The notes: generated by a model from the letters alone, not told the origin. 64,000 nt of DNA from an uncultured Gemmatimonadaceae bacterium (GCA_963817955.1 CAWFQK010000004.1:224001-288000), one strand, 5' to 3'; positions 51,168-61,544 are shown, numbered from the stretch's first letter. Made by a program: numbers and translations.

Positions 51168-52625
51168 CCGGCCCGCGCGGACCGCAGACCACCGCCCCCG
51201 AGCAGCGCGGCCGGGGACCTAGCCGTCCGCCGGGCGGGCCGACAGCTGATCTTCAGCGTATACGGCGCGTTGCGCGCTGTGAAGTTGTACCCGGTTGAGA
51301 ACGCCGCCGTACAGAAAGCTCTGGCGGAGGTGACGCATCAGAGCAAGGAGCTGGTCGGCAACGAGGGCGAGCTCGAGTTGCGGATGTCGGGCGAATTCAT
51401 CTTCATCAATCAGACGCGACTTCGTCTCGACCTCGACAACTTCGCAAGCTTCAGTCATCTCCTGTCGCTATTTCGTGCCTCCGGCGTCGGCAGCGTGACG
51501 GTGAATGAAGGCGTCGGTCCCAAAGACTGGCTGATCTTTCTTTCATTGCTCCAGTCACCTGGGTCGGACGATCCGGGTGAGCGACTCCAGCAGCTCACGG
51601 GCAAGCTCGAAAGCGCCGGCGTCATGGCGTTCACGCTGGCGCCGCCGACGGAGCCGGGGGAAGGGAACCGCGAGAAAGCGAAGGAGCGCGCCAAACGCAC
51701 GTACGCGCAGTCAGTCGCCGCGACAAGTGAGTTGATGTCATCCGTCCGCATGGGCAGCAGCCCGAACATCAAGAAGATCAAGCGGGTGGTGCAGGGGATC
51801 GTGGATCAGATCCTCAATGAGGAAACGTCGCTCATCGGGCTGACGACCATTCGCGACTACGACGAGTACACCTTCACGCACAGCGTGAACGTCTGCATCT
51901 TCTCGGTGGCGCTCGGCAAGCGGCTCGGATTGAGTAAGCTGCAATTATACGATCTCGGCATGGCGGCGCTGTTCCACGACATCGGCAAATCACGCGTGCC
52001 GCAGTCGATCCTCAACAAGTCGGGCGGGCTCACGGACGAAGAGTGGCGCCTCATTGCATCCCACCCGTGGCTGGGAGTGCTGGCGCTGTTCCGCGTTCGC
52101 GGCGCCCAGGAGCTGCCGTATCGCTCGATGGTGGTGGCGCACGAGCACCACATGAAACGGGATCTGACCGGCTACCCGCGACCGATCCGCGAACGCCAAC
52201 TCAGCATGTTCAGCAAGATCGTGGCGGTCGCCGACGGCTTCGATGCGGCAACGTCCCGCCGGTCCTACCAGACCGTGCCGTTCACCCCGGCGCAGGTGAT
52301 GCTGGAAATGCGCGACAACCCGCGCCGCGGCATGGATCCGGTGATCGTGAAAGCGTTCATCAACCTGACCGGTATCTATCCCGTCGGCACGCTGGTCGTG
52401 CTCGACACCTTCGAGCTCGGCATCGTCCACGCCAGTAATCCGCTGCAGGAAATGCTGTCGCGTCCGATCGTCCGCATCGTCAGCGACGACCAGGGCAATC
52501 TCGTGCATCCGGGCAACCTCGTCGATCTGGCCGATCGCAACCCCGATGGCGTCTTCCTGCGCACGATCATCAAGACTGAGACTCCTGAACGTTATGGCAT
52601 CCGGATCGGCGACTACTTCGTCTGA
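51164..52625 (+). CDS. HD-GYP phosphodiesterase; apparent frameshift in the first ~15 codons (continuous ORF call 51270-52625)
   Basis: YTFTHSVNV, FHDIGK, HEHH, GYP and VADGFDA motifs. The SD-led ATG at 51164 is out of frame with the gene body. Confidence 0.88.
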
Positions 52626-53418
52626 CGGGTCGACCCACCTCCACGTCGGCAGCATCCAGCGGCGCTTCGCGGAATTGCAGGCGGGCGGCAAACGCGCGTT
52701 GGTTCCTTACATCACGGCGGGCCATCCGGACATTGCGCGCACCGTCGCGTTGCTGCACGGGCTCGAGGACGCAGGCGCCGATGTCATCGAGCTCGGATTG
52801 CCCTTCTCCGATCCGATGGCGGACGGCCCGATCATTCAGGCGAGCTCGCAGATGTCGCTCGAGGGCGGGATGCACTTCAACCGGCTGCTCGAGATGGTTC
52901 ATGGCGCCAACATCCACGTGCCGCTCGTCTTGTTCAGCTACTTGAACCCGATCATCGCGGCTGGCAGCGATGCGTTGACCCGCGCCGCACAGGCAGGATT
53001 CAGCGGACTGCTGCTGACGGATCTGCCGGTGGGCGCCGATCCCGAGCGTGAACACTGGATCGCCGAGAGCCCGCTCGCGTTCGTCCGGCTCGTCGCGCCA
53101 ACGACGCCGGCTGACCGCATGCGCGAGATCTCCGAGCACGGCAGCGGGTTCGTCTATCTCATCAGTCGCCTCGGCGTCACCGGCATGCAGAACGAGTTGT
53201 CTGCCGAATTGCCGGCGACAGTGAAACGTCTGCGCGAGGCGACGGTACTCCCGGTGTGCGTCGGATTCGGCGTGTCGCGTCCGGAACAGGCAGCCGCAGT
53301 CGCGCGCATCGCCGACGGCGTCGTCGTCGGGAGCGCCATTGTTCGTGCCGCGGGCGAGAGTGTTGCCGCTGCGACAACGCTCGCGGCGGCGCTGCGCTCG
53401 GCAATCGACGCGGCGTGA
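52594..53418 (+). CDS. trpA: Tryptophan synthase alpha chain
   Basis: IELGLPFSDPMADGPIIQ, GVTG, VGFG and DGVVVGSA motifs. Start is approximate. Confidence 0.97.
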   Translation: MASGSATTSSDGSTHLHVGSIQRRFAELQAGGKRALVPYITAGHPDIARTVALLHGLEDAGADVIELGLPFSDPMADGPIIQASSQMSLEGGMHFNRLLEMVHGANIHVPLVLFSYLNPIIAAGSDALTRAAQAGFSGLLLTDLPVGADPEREHWIAESPLAFVRLVAPTTPADRMREISEHGSGFVYLISRLGVTGMQNELSAELPATVKRLREATVLPVCVGFGVSRPEQAAAVARIADGVVVGSAIVRAAGESVAAATTLAAALRSAIDAA

Positions 53419-53765
53419 GCGCGCCCGTGCACGACATCACGCTCCGCGCCATGCGCTTCCACTCGCTCGTCGGTATCCTGCCGCACGAGCGCGACGTCGC
53501 GCAGCCGATCGAGATCGATCTCACGGTGCGCGTCACGGCCGGCGACGATGTGATCGACTACCGCGGGTTGTATGATCTCGTCGCTCACATCTTTACCGAG
53601 CGGCCGATCGATTTCCTCGAGCAGATCGGCGAACGGGTGGCACGAAACGCGCTCGCCCATTCGCCACGCATTCGATATGTACGCGTCGCCGTACGGAAGC
53701 CGCACGTCGCGCTTCCCGGGCCGCTCGCGTACGCCGAAGTCCTCATCGAGCGCGCGGCGGAATGA
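53415..53765 (+). CDS. folB: Dihydroneopterin aldolase
   Basis: GILPHER..QPIEIDL, IDY, FLE and RKPH motifs. Directly upstream of folK. Confidence 0.9.
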   Translation: MSAPVHDITLRAMRFHSLVGILPHERDVAQPIEIDLTVRVTAGDDVIDYRGLYDLVAHIFTERPIDFLEQIGERVARNALAHSPRIRYVRVAVRKPHVALPGPLAYAEVLIERAAE

Positions 53766-54172
53766 TCGACGTGGCGTACATCGCGCTCGGGTCCAACATC
53801 GGCGATCGCCAGCGATACCTGTCGCGCGCGCGCGAGGCAATCGCGGCACTGCCTCACAGCGACGTCATTGGTGAATCGACGATCGAAGAAACGGAGCCGC
53901 TCGGTCCGCCGGAGCAGGACCCGTACCTCAACCAGATGCTCGCCGTGCGCACGGCGCTGTCGCCGCACGAATTGTTGCGATACCTCCAGGAAATCGAGCA
54001 ACGCGAAGGGCGTAGACGCGACGTGCACTGGGGACCGCGCACCATCGATCTGGACATTGTCCGCTTCGACACACAAGTCGTTCACGACGCGGACCTGAAC
54101 GTGCCACATCCCGAACTGCCCAATCGCCAGTTCTGGATTCGGGAGCTCGCGGAGCTTCGCGGGGCGGCATGA
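53762..54172 (+). CDS. folK: HPPK (2-amino-4-hydroxy-6-hydroxymethyldihydropteridine diphosphokinase)
   Basis: YIALGSNIGD, YLN, WGPRTIDLDI and VPHP motifs. Confidence 0.96.
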   Translation: MIDVAYIALGSNIGDRQRYLSRAREAIAALPHSDVIGESTIEETEPLGPPEQDPYLNQMLAVRTALSPHELLRYLQEIEQREGRRRDVHWGPRTIDLDIVRFDTQVVHDADLNVPHPELPNRQFWIRELAELRGAA

Positions 54173-54723
54173 CGCCCGACGCGAACCTCGAGCACCTCGA
54201 ATTTCCACCGTGGGCACAGGTCGGAGAGAAGCGCCGCAAGCACATCGCGCGCGTGATCACGCTCCTCACGGAGTGGGGCGGCGTGATGGCACTGTCACCC
54301 GACGAGCACGACGCGTGGGTCTGCGTCGGCTTGTTGCATGACGCCTTGCGCGACGCGCCCGAGCAGGAGCTGCGCGCGCTGGCAAAGGACGACGAACGCG
54401 ACACGGAATTGTTGCACGGCCCGGCCGTGGCCAACCTGCTCGAGTCGCGGCACGAGGCGTCCGCGTCGATCGTTCGCGCCATACGCTTCCACACCGTTGG
54501 AGCGCCGGACTGGGACCGCACGGGCCGGGCCCTCTACATGGCGGACTTCCTCGAACCGGGACGCAGTTTCTCGCGCACGGATCGCGCGTTTCTCGCGAGA
54601 CAGGTTCCGTACGATTTTGACGGCGTCTTCCGGCAGGTCGTGCGCGCTCGTCTCGAGCACGCATTGCGTGAAGGCTTCACGCTCTTTCCGGAAACCGTGG
54701 CGCTCTGGAACGCAATTCGATGA
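54169..54723 (+). CDS. YqeK-like HD-domain hydrolase
   Basis: H...GLLHD...LLHG...AIRFHTVG...YMADFLEPGR pattern. Confidence 0.82.
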   Translation: MTPDANLEHLEFPPWAQVGEKRRKHIARVITLLTEWGGVMALSPDEHDAWVCVGLLHDALRDAPEQELRALAKDDERDTELLHGPAVANLLESRHEASASIVRAIRFHTVGAPDWDRTGRALYMADFLEPGRSFSRTDRAFLARQVPYDFDGVFRQVVRARLEHALREGFTLFPETVALWNAIR

Positions 54724-55223
54724 CGCGTGTACGCGTCGCCGTCGTCACAGGAATCGTTCTGATCATCCTGGGCGCGACCGCCTTCGTACGCTCGTACCGG
54801 CGGCAGCCTGAACGCGCGAGCACTGAACGCGCGAGCACTGAACGCGCGAGCACTGAACGCGCGAGCACTGAACGCGCGAGCACTGAACGCGCGAGCGCTG
54901 TCACGAGCGATGTCGTCGCGCTCGGAGGGGTTCGCGTGCGCGTGCAAGTCCTGAACGGCACGACGACGCGCGGACTGGCCCGCCGCGCCACCATGGTGCT
55001 GCGCGATCACGGCTTCGACGTCGTCGAGACCGGCACGGTGAACGACGGGCCCGACACGACGCTCGTCATCGATTTGTCGGGTCATCCGGATTGGGCGAAA
55101 CGAATCGCCGCGGTCGTCGCGCCGGCGCGCGTCGAGACGCGGCCGGACAGCTCACGCTATCTGGATATCTCCGTTGTGCTCGGTGCGACGTGGCGCGCGC
55201 CGGCCGAGCCGTTCCACCCGTAG
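54720..55223 (+). CDS. Membrane-anchored LytR C-terminal domain protein with repeat linker
   Basis: N-terminal TM segment, VQVLNGT..GLA motif, DISVVLG ending. Confidence 0.82.
   Translation: MTRVRVAVVTGIVLIILGATAFVRSYRRQPERASTERASTERASTERASTERASTERASAVTSDVVALGGVRVRVQVLNGTTTRGLARRATMVLRDHGFDVVETGTVNDGPDTTLVIDLSGHPDWAKRIAAVVAPARVETRPDSSRYLDISVVLGATWRAPAEPFHP
54808..54897 (+). repeat. 15-nt tandem repeat x6 (ERAST)
   Basis: CTGAACGCGCGAGCA x5 plus CTGAACGCGCGAGCG. Confidence 0.97.
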
Positions 55224-56243
55224 CTGACCACACGCTGCGGCGATGTCCATGCCGCGGCTCTTCCGCACGGCAACCTCGACGCCGCTCTCGCGCAACGCGC
55301 TGGAAAACGCGCGAACGCGGTCCGCCGTGGCGGGCACAAAGCCTCTCGCGCCGCCCGGATGCAGCGGAATCAGATTCACGAACGCCCGACAGTCGCGCGC
55401 CAGCTGCGCCAACTGCCGCGCATGCTCGTTCGTGTCGTTCACGCCACCCAACATGACGTATTCGAACGTCACGCGCCGATCGAACGCCTTGGCCGCTTCA
55501 ATGACGTCGCGCAGGGGATACTTGGTATTGACCGGCATCAGCTCCTGTCGGAGCGCGTCGTTTGGCGCGTGGATGGAGATTGCCAGGCGAAACTGCTCCG
55601 GGCGCTCGGCAAGCGCGACAATGCCCGGGAGCACGCCGACCGTAGAGATAGTGATATGGCGTGCGCCAATTCCGAGCCCGACGGGATCATTGAGGATGGT
55701 CAGAGCTGGACCAACCGCCCCGTAATTCATGAGCGGCTCGCCCATCCCCATGAACACGATGTTCGTGACCGCGATCGGCGGATCGAGCAGGCGCATCTCG
55801 CGCACTTGCCCGGCGATCTCGAACGGCTTGAGACTGCGGGCGAAGCCCATCGCGCCTGTCGCGCAGAACGCGCATTGCATCGCGCAACCCGCCTGCGACG
55901 AAATGCACAGCGTCATTCGGTCGCCTTCGGGAATGACGACCGTTTCGATCGCCTCGTTATCGTGGAGACGGAAGAGAAACTTTTCCGTTCCATCGATCGA
56001 CCGCTGCCGAGCCGCGATCTCGAGGCGCGGCAACTCGAACTCAGCAGCAAGCGACTCGCGCAATGCCTTCGGCAGCTCCGTCATCGCGTCGAAACTCGGC
56101 ACCGGGGCAAGCCACAGGCGCCTGAGTACCTGGTTGGCGCGATATGCCGGCTGGCCAATGCGCTGAAAGAATTCCCCGAGGCGCTCGCGAGCCGCCGCTG
56201 GCGTGAAATTCAACAGGTTGGTTTTGGAGGCTGCGTTGCTCAC
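55152..56243 (-). CDS. rlmN: Radical SAM 23S rRNA/tRNA m2A methyltransferase
   Basis: CISSQAGCAMQCAFC, FMGMGEP and DIAAACGQL motifs. Confidence 0.97.
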   Translation of the reverse strand: MSNAASKTNLLNFTPAAARERLGEFFQRIGQPAYRANQVLRRLWLAPVPSFDAMTELPKALRESLAAEFELPRLEIAARQRSIDGTEKFLFRLHDNEAIETVVIPEGDRMTLCISSQAGCAMQCAFCATGAMGFARSLKPFEIAGQVREMRLLDPPIAVTNIVFMGMGEPLMNYGAVGPALTILNDPVGLGIGARHITISTVGVLPGIVALAERPEQFRLAISIHAPNDALRQELMPVNTKYPLRDVIEAAKAFDRRVTFEYVMLGGVNDTNEHARQLAQLARDCRAFVNLIPLHPGGARGFVPATADRVRAFSSALRESGVEVAVRKSRGMDIAAACGQLRVERLGRRAPRRTEHNGDIQIA

Positions 56244-56306
56244 CGAACTACTCGCGTCAAGAGAAAGGACGCCAACGCGGCGAAGATCATGCGGGACATA
56301 TACTTG

Positions 56307-56335
56307 ACGTTACCCGAAGGACATGCCGAGGTCAA
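56307..56335 (-). promoter_or_regulatory. Putative sigma70 promoter of rlmN
   Basis: Minus strand TTGACC-17 nt-TAACGT. Confidence 0.5.
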
Positions 56336-56556
56336 GCGAATCACTACCGTCAGTCGTCCGGACGCGGTACATTCGATGACTGGAATGAACCAACTATTGA
56401 AGCGGAATTTGCTTCCCGTCCGGCGGCTGCCGGATATCTGGCCCGCGGTCCGTCGAGACGACGCGACCCGCTGACGGCCCATTGTCTCGCCCCTCGCGCA
56501 AGCTGGTCCGCTTTGCGCTATATGGTGAGCTGAGCGCTCCGACCCCAATTCATTAG

Positions 56557-58347
56557 ATGCGCACCGAACATCTCGCGACAACCTATCGAAGTGACCTCTG
56601 CGGCTCCCTCCGCCTCAACGACATTGGTCGACAGGTCCGCCTCGGCGGCTGGGTACACCGCAGCCGCGATCTCGGCGGCCTGACATTTGTCGACCTGCGA
56701 GACCGTGCGGGAATCATACAGGTGTCGTTTGATCCAACGAACTGTGGGGACACGCTCGCGGCGGCGGCAGCGGCGCTTGGACAGGAAACCGTCGTGTTGA
56801 TCGAGGGCGTAGTCGTCGCGCGCCCTGAGGCGATGCGCAATTCCGAATTGGCGAGCGGGGACGTCGAAGTGCGCGCCACGACGCTCACGGTCGTTGGTCC
56901 CGCGACGCCGCCCGCCATTCCCGTTGCGCGGGCACGCAATGAAAATCTTGCCGCCGAAGAGATTCGCCTGCGCCATCGCTTCCTCGATCTGCGCCGGCCC
57001 GAACTGCAGGAGAACATCATCCTGCGCCATCGACTGATGCAGGTGACACGGCAGTATCTCAGCGAGCGCGGATTCTTCGAGATCGAGACGCCGATCCTCA
57101 CGAAGCCGACGCCCGAGGGTGCGCGCGATTATCTCGTGCCGAGTCGAGTACACGCCGGCGAGTTCTACGCGCTCCCGCAGTCGCCGCAGCTCTACAAGCA
57201 ATTGCTCATGATCTCCGGCTTCGACCGCTACTTCCAGATTGCGCGCTGCTTTCGCGACGAGGATCTGCGACAGGATCGGCAGCCGGAGTTCACGCAGATC
57301 GACATCGAGGCGTCGTTCATCTCGAGCGACGACATCATGCGCCTGAGCGAAGCGCTCATTGTGGCGCTGTGGGCCGAGGCCGGCGCGCCGGTGCCGCCGA
57401 CCATTCCGCGGATGACGTATGCCGAGTGCATGGAGCGGTACGGCTCGGATCGTCCGGACATCCGGTACGCGTTGGAGATTTTCGACGCGAGCTCGGCATT
57501 CCGCGCCGCGGACTTCGTCATCACGCGGACTGCGCTCGACTCAGGCGGCCGTGTGCGCGGTATTCGCATTCCGGGCGGCGCCGGGGCGCTGTCGCGCAAA
57601 CACCTGGACGAGATCGAGGCCGAAGCAAAGAAGGCTGGCGCAATCGGGTTACTGCGGCTCAAGCTCGTCAACGGTACCCTGGAGGGGCCTGCCGCAAAGT
57701 TCCTCGCCGAGGGCGCCGCAGCGCAGCTTGGGATGCAGGAGGGAGACCTGGCGCTGCTCGTGGCTGGCCCGGATCGCGTCTCCAGCGTTGCGCTCGATCG
57801 CGTACGCCAGGACGTCGCGCGACGCATGCATCTGGTGCCGGAGACAGAGTCTCGTTTTCTCTGGGTGACCGATTTCCCACTGTTCGACAAGGACCCGGGC
57901 ACTGGCGCGCTCGCCGCGGTGCACCACCCGTTCACCGCGCCCATGGCCGAAGACCTTCCGTTGCTCGATACCGCGCCAGAGCGCGTGCGCGCCCAGGCGT
58001 ACGATCTCGTGTTCAATGGGACGGAGCTCGGCGGCGGCAGCATCAGAATCAGCGATCCAGCATTGCAGAGCCGAATGTTCAGCCTCCTCGGAATCGACCC
58101 GGAGACCGCACGGGCGCGGTTTGGCTTTCTGCTCGAGGGACTCAATGCCGGCGCGCCCCCGCATGGCGGCATCGCCTTTGGGTTCGATCGAATTGCGATG
58201 AAGCTTGCTGGCGCACCGTCGCTACGCGAAGTCATCGCATTTCCGAAGACGACGGCAGCGCGCGCCTTGTTTGAAGGTGCACCGGCGCCCGTGCCGGCTG
58301 AGGATCTGCGGGATCTGCATATCAGCATCGACGGTGACCACGCGTGA
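56557..58347 (+). CDS. aspS: Aspartate--tRNA ligase
   Basis: FVDLRD, TPEGARDY, ALPQSPQLYKQ, CFRDEDLR and PPHGGIAFG motifs. Confidence 0.98.
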   Translation: MRTEHLATTYRSDLCGSLRLNDIGRQVRLGGWVHRSRDLGGLTFVDLRDRAGIIQVSFDPTNCGDTLAAAAAALGQETVVLIEGVVVARPEAMRNSELASGDVEVRATTLTVVGPATPPAIPVARARNENLAAEEIRLRHRFLDLRRPELQENIILRHRLMQVTRQYLSERGFFEIETPILTKPTPEGARDYLVPSRVHAGEFYALPQSPQLYKQLLMISGFDRYFQIARCFRDEDLRQDRQPEFTQIDIEASFISSDDIMRLSEALIVALWAEAGAPVPPTIPRMTYAECMERYGSDRPDIRYALEIFDASSAFRAADFVITRTALDSGGRVRGIRIPGGAGALSRKHLDEIEAEAKKAGAIGLLRLKLVNGTLEGPAAKFLAEGAAAQLGMQEGDLALLVAGPDRVSSVALDRVRQDVARRMHLVPETESRFLWVTDFPLFDKDPGTGALAAVHHPFTAPMAEDLPLLDTAPERVRAQAYDLVFNGTELGGGSIRISDPALQSRMFSLLGIDPETARARFGFLLEGLNAGAPPHGGIAFGFDRIAMKLAGAPSLREVIAFPKTTAARALFEGAPAPVPAEDLRDLHISIDGDHA

Positions 58348-59330
58348 GCGGCGAGAGCATCACCCATAAACTTTCGACCGAGGGGGCCGATCCGCTGACG
58401 CTCGCGGGCGTGAACGACAGCAATCTCGTGGAGCTGTCGCGCGTCGGCGGCGTGAAGGTTGCCCTGCGCGGCGACACGATGACGATCTCCGGGCCGACCG
58501 ACTTCGTGCAGCGGGCGATCGGCATTGCCAACCGGATGATCGAGGCGGCGCGGCAACGCCGCGACCTCACACCCGACGACGTCCTGCGCATGGGAGACGT
58601 CGTCGACCGCGGTGACGGAGGCGGCGACGAGGACAACGACGGCGCGAGTACCGGCGTGGCGAACGGGCAACGCATCGCGCTGCCCGGCGTACGCCGCGTC
58701 ATACAGCCAAAGACGGTGGGGCAGGGCGAATACCTGCAGAAGATGCAGGACAATGACATTGTCGTCGGCATTGGCCCGGCGGGCACGGGCAAGACGTACC
58801 TCGCCGTCGCGGCAGCAGTCGATGCGCTGGCGCGGAAGCGAGTCCGCCGCATCGTGCTGGCGCGGCCAGCCGTCGAAGCAGGCGAGAATCTCGGCTTCCT
58901 GCCTGGCGACTTGCAGGCCAAGGTCGATCCGTATCTCCGTCCGCTCTACGACGCGCTGGACGAGATGATGCCGTTCGAGCGCGTCCAGCGTGCCCTGGAG
59001 CAGCGCGTGATCGAAGTGGCGCCACTGGCCTTCATGCGCGGACGCACGCTTGGCGACGCGTTCGTCATCGTGGATGAAGCGCAGAACGCCACGACGATGC
59101 AGATGAAGATGGTGCTGACACGACTCGGCGTGAACTCGAAGATGGTCATCACCGGCGATAAGACGCAGGTCGATTTGCCGAAGCGCGAAGGCTCCGGCCT
59201 GCTGCAAGTGGAGCGCATTCTGCCCGGGATCGACGGGATCGCGTTTCACTATTTCACGGACATGGACGTGGTTCGCCATCGCTTGGTGCGCGACATCGTA
59301 CGCGCCTACGCGGCCGATGCTGGGGAATAG
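58344..59330 (+). CDS. phoH: PhoH-family ATPase (YbeZ-like)
   Basis: GPAGTGKT, LGFLPG, FMRGRT, DEAQN and DVVRH motifs. Confidence 0.95.
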   Translation: MSGESITHKLSTEGADPLTLAGVNDSNLVELSRVGGVKVALRGDTMTISGPTDFVQRAIGIANRMIEAARQRRDLTPDDVLRMGDVVDRGDGGGDEDNDGASTGVANGQRIALPGVRRVIQPKTVGQGEYLQKMQDNDIVVGIGPAGTGKTYLAVAAAVDALARKRVRRIVLARPAVEAGENLGFLPGDLQAKVDPYLRPLYDALDEMMPFERVQRALEQRVIEVAPLAFMRGRTLGDAFVIVDEAQNATTMQMKMVLTRLGVNSKMVITGDKTQVDLPKREGSGLLQVERILPGIDGIAFHYFTDMDVVRHRLVRDIVRAYAADAGE

Positions 59331-59336
59331 CCGATC

Positions 59337-61544
59337 GTGAGCCACGGCGGGCAGATCACGAGCGCATCATCGGTAGACCCTCCACCGCGACGCCAGTCGA
59401 TCGTGTTCCACGCGGCACGCGTGGTCCTCGCCGTTGGCCTCGCGGTGGTCACGTATCTGCTCTTCCCGGCATCGCCGGCGATCGATTTTCCGATCTACGA
59501 AGTGGGCTCGGTGGCCAGCGACAATGTGATCGCGCCATTTGCGTTCCGCGTGCTCAAGACACCCAAAGAGCTGCAGAGCGAGCGCGACGCCGTGGCACGC
59601 GGTGTCGAGCCCGTGTATGAGTTTGTGCCGACCGCGCTCGACAGCGCGCGCCAGTCGTTGAGCGCGTTCGACGGGGCCATCCAGCAGGCGGCCAACGAGA
59701 ACCCGGCGTATCCGGCGCCAGCCGTTCAGCGTGCGGCGGCGAGCTGGGGAGTTCAACTGACTCCCAGCGAGGCGGTCTATCTGGCCAACGGGCGCCGCCG
59801 CGCGATGGTCATCCAGGCGGTGGCGCGCGTGTTCGATCGTTGGTTGAGCGCCGGCGTCGCGAGTGCGGGGGCGCTCGACTCGGTGCGCGGCGAGATCGTG
59901 CTGCGATCGGGAGGCGAGGACCACCGCATGTCCTCCGATAGCGTCGTCACGTTCAACATGCTGGTGAGTCGTGCGCGGCTCATTCATCCCGATCCGGAAT
60001 CACAGGTTGGCGATTCCGTGTACACGCGCCTGCTGGCGACCTTCTTTCATCCAACGATCATTCCCGATCGTGCCAGTACGGAGTTGCGGCGAGAAGAGGT
60101 GCGGCAATCCATTCCGGTGGCCAAGTACGACGTCCTGGCGGGGGAAAAGATCGTCGGCGCCAATGAGGTCGTCGGACGCGAACAGAACGAGAAGTTGCGC
60201 GCGCTGCGCACCGCCGCCGACCGGTACCGCCGCTCCCAGCGCGGCGTGCGCCGCGTCGTGGGATCGATACTGTTCGATTTCCTCGTCATCTCGCTGCTCG
60301 GGCTCACGCTGTTCGTGCTGCGCCCGGCCGTGTACCACAACTATCGTTGGCTGCTGATGTTCGCCATCGTAGCGGCCCTCGTCCTCGTGGGTGGCGCGAT
60401 CGTCTCCTCGTTCGCGCCGGAGCACTCGGAGTTGGTGCCGGTGGCGCTCGCCGCGGTGCTGCTCAGTGCGTTGTTCGATCAACGCATCAGTGTGATCGCA
60501 GCCATGGTGCTGGCAATGCTGATCGGCGGCCAGAGTGTCTTCCGCGGGACCAACGCGTTGTTCATCAATCTCGTAGGGGGCGCGGTCGCGGCGCTCACGG
60601 TCGGCGAAATTCGCCGGCGCAATCAAGCCTACCAGTGGATTCTCATGATCGGGGGCGCCTATCTCGCCACCGCTGCGGCGATCGGATTGACGCTCGACCT
60701 CCCCTCACGAGAGATCCTCGTGTCCGCCGGGTTCGGCGTGCTCAATGCGCTCGGCTGCGTGCTGCTCGCCGTGCTGATGCTCCCGATGGCCGAGGCATTC
60801 ACCGGCATCGAAACCGACCTGACGCTGCTCGAGTGGTCTGACCTCAATCGGCCCGTGATGCAGCGGTTGAGTCTCGAGGCGCCCGGCACGTATGCCCACA
60901 CCATCGCGATCGCCAATCTCGCCGAGGCGGCCTGTCGCGCCATTGGCGCGAATCCGCTCCTGGCGCGCGTTGGCGCGTATTACCATGACATTGGCAAGAT
61001 CGCCAAGCCACAATACTTCGTGGAAAATCAGGCGAAGGGCCGCAATCCGCATGACGCACTGCGTCCCGGCGCCAGCGCACAAATCATTCGGAACCACGTC
61101 CGCGAGGGGCTCGAGCTGGCGGAGGAATACAAGCTGCCGCGCGCACTGCGTGCATTCATCGCGGAACATCACGGGACCGGTACCATCAGTTACTTCCTGG
61201 ACAAGGCAAAACAGCGCGACGCACAGGCGCCCGCTGCGACGGACTTCATCTACCCTGGTCCGCTTCCACAAACCGCCGAAACGGCCGTCGTCATGCTCGC
61301 CGACGGCATCGAGGCCGCCACGCGGGTCCTCCACGATCCGACGCCGGAACAGATTCGCGAGGTCATCGAACACATCGTGCGGCAGCGCATGGAGCAGGGA
61401 CAACTCGCCGACGCGCCGCTCACCTTGCGCCAGATCGGAATCGTCAAGGACGAGTTCACGCGAGTGCTCGTGGGCATGTACCACAATCGGATCGATTATC
61501 CTACCGCGAGCGGCGGCGTGACATCGGAGTTTGCATCCCTATGA
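59337..61544 (+). CDS. 7TM-HD (HDIG) membrane phosphohydrolase, PgpH-like
   Basis: Extracytoplasmic domain, multi-TM block, APGTYAH, YYHDIGK, YFVENQ, EHHGT and YPGP motifs. phoH-ybeY context. Confidence 0.9.
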   Translation: MSHGGQITSASSVDPPPRRQSIVFHAARVVLAVGLAVVTYLLFPASPAIDFPIYEVGSVASDNVIAPFAFRVLKTPKELQSERDAVARGVEPVYEFVPTALDSARQSLSAFDGAIQQAANENPAYPAPAVQRAAASWGVQLTPSEAVYLANGRRRAMVIQAVARVFDRWLSAGVASAGALDSVRGEIVLRSGGEDHRMSSDSVVTFNMLVSRARLIHPDPESQVGDSVYTRLLATFFHPTIIPDRASTELRREEVRQSIPVAKYDVLAGEKIVGANEVVGREQNEKLRALRTAADRYRRSQRGVRRVVGSILFDFLVISLLGLTLFVLRPAVYHNYRWLLMFAIVAALVLVGGAIVSSFAPEHSELVPVALAAVLLSALFDQRISVIAAMVLAMLIGGQSVFRGTNALFINLVGGAVAALTVGEIRRRNQAYQWILMIGGAYLATAAAIGLTLDLPSREILVSAGFGVLNALGCVLLAVLMLPMAEAFTGIETDLTLLEWSDLNRPVMQRLSLEAPGTYAHTIAIANLAEAACRAIGANPLLARVGAYYHDIGKIAKPQYFVENQAKGRNPHDALRPGASAQIIRNHVREGLELAEEYKLPRALRAFIAEHHGTGTISYFLDKAKQRDAQAPAATDFIYPGPLPQTAETAVVMLADGIEAATRVLHDPTPEQIREVIEHIVRQRMEQGQLADAPLTLRQIGIVKDEFTRVLVGMYHNRIDYPTASGGVTSEFASL

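Noticed and set aside
56314..56330. Second LexA-type box (CCGAA-N7-CCGAG) in the rlmN promoter
   Set aside because: Period is 12 rather than 11 and one half-site mismatches, so it may be chance.
56240..56581. 113-aa minus-strand ORF between rlmN and aspS
   Set aside because: It spans a divergent promoter region, overlaps the aspS start, and has no recognisable motif.
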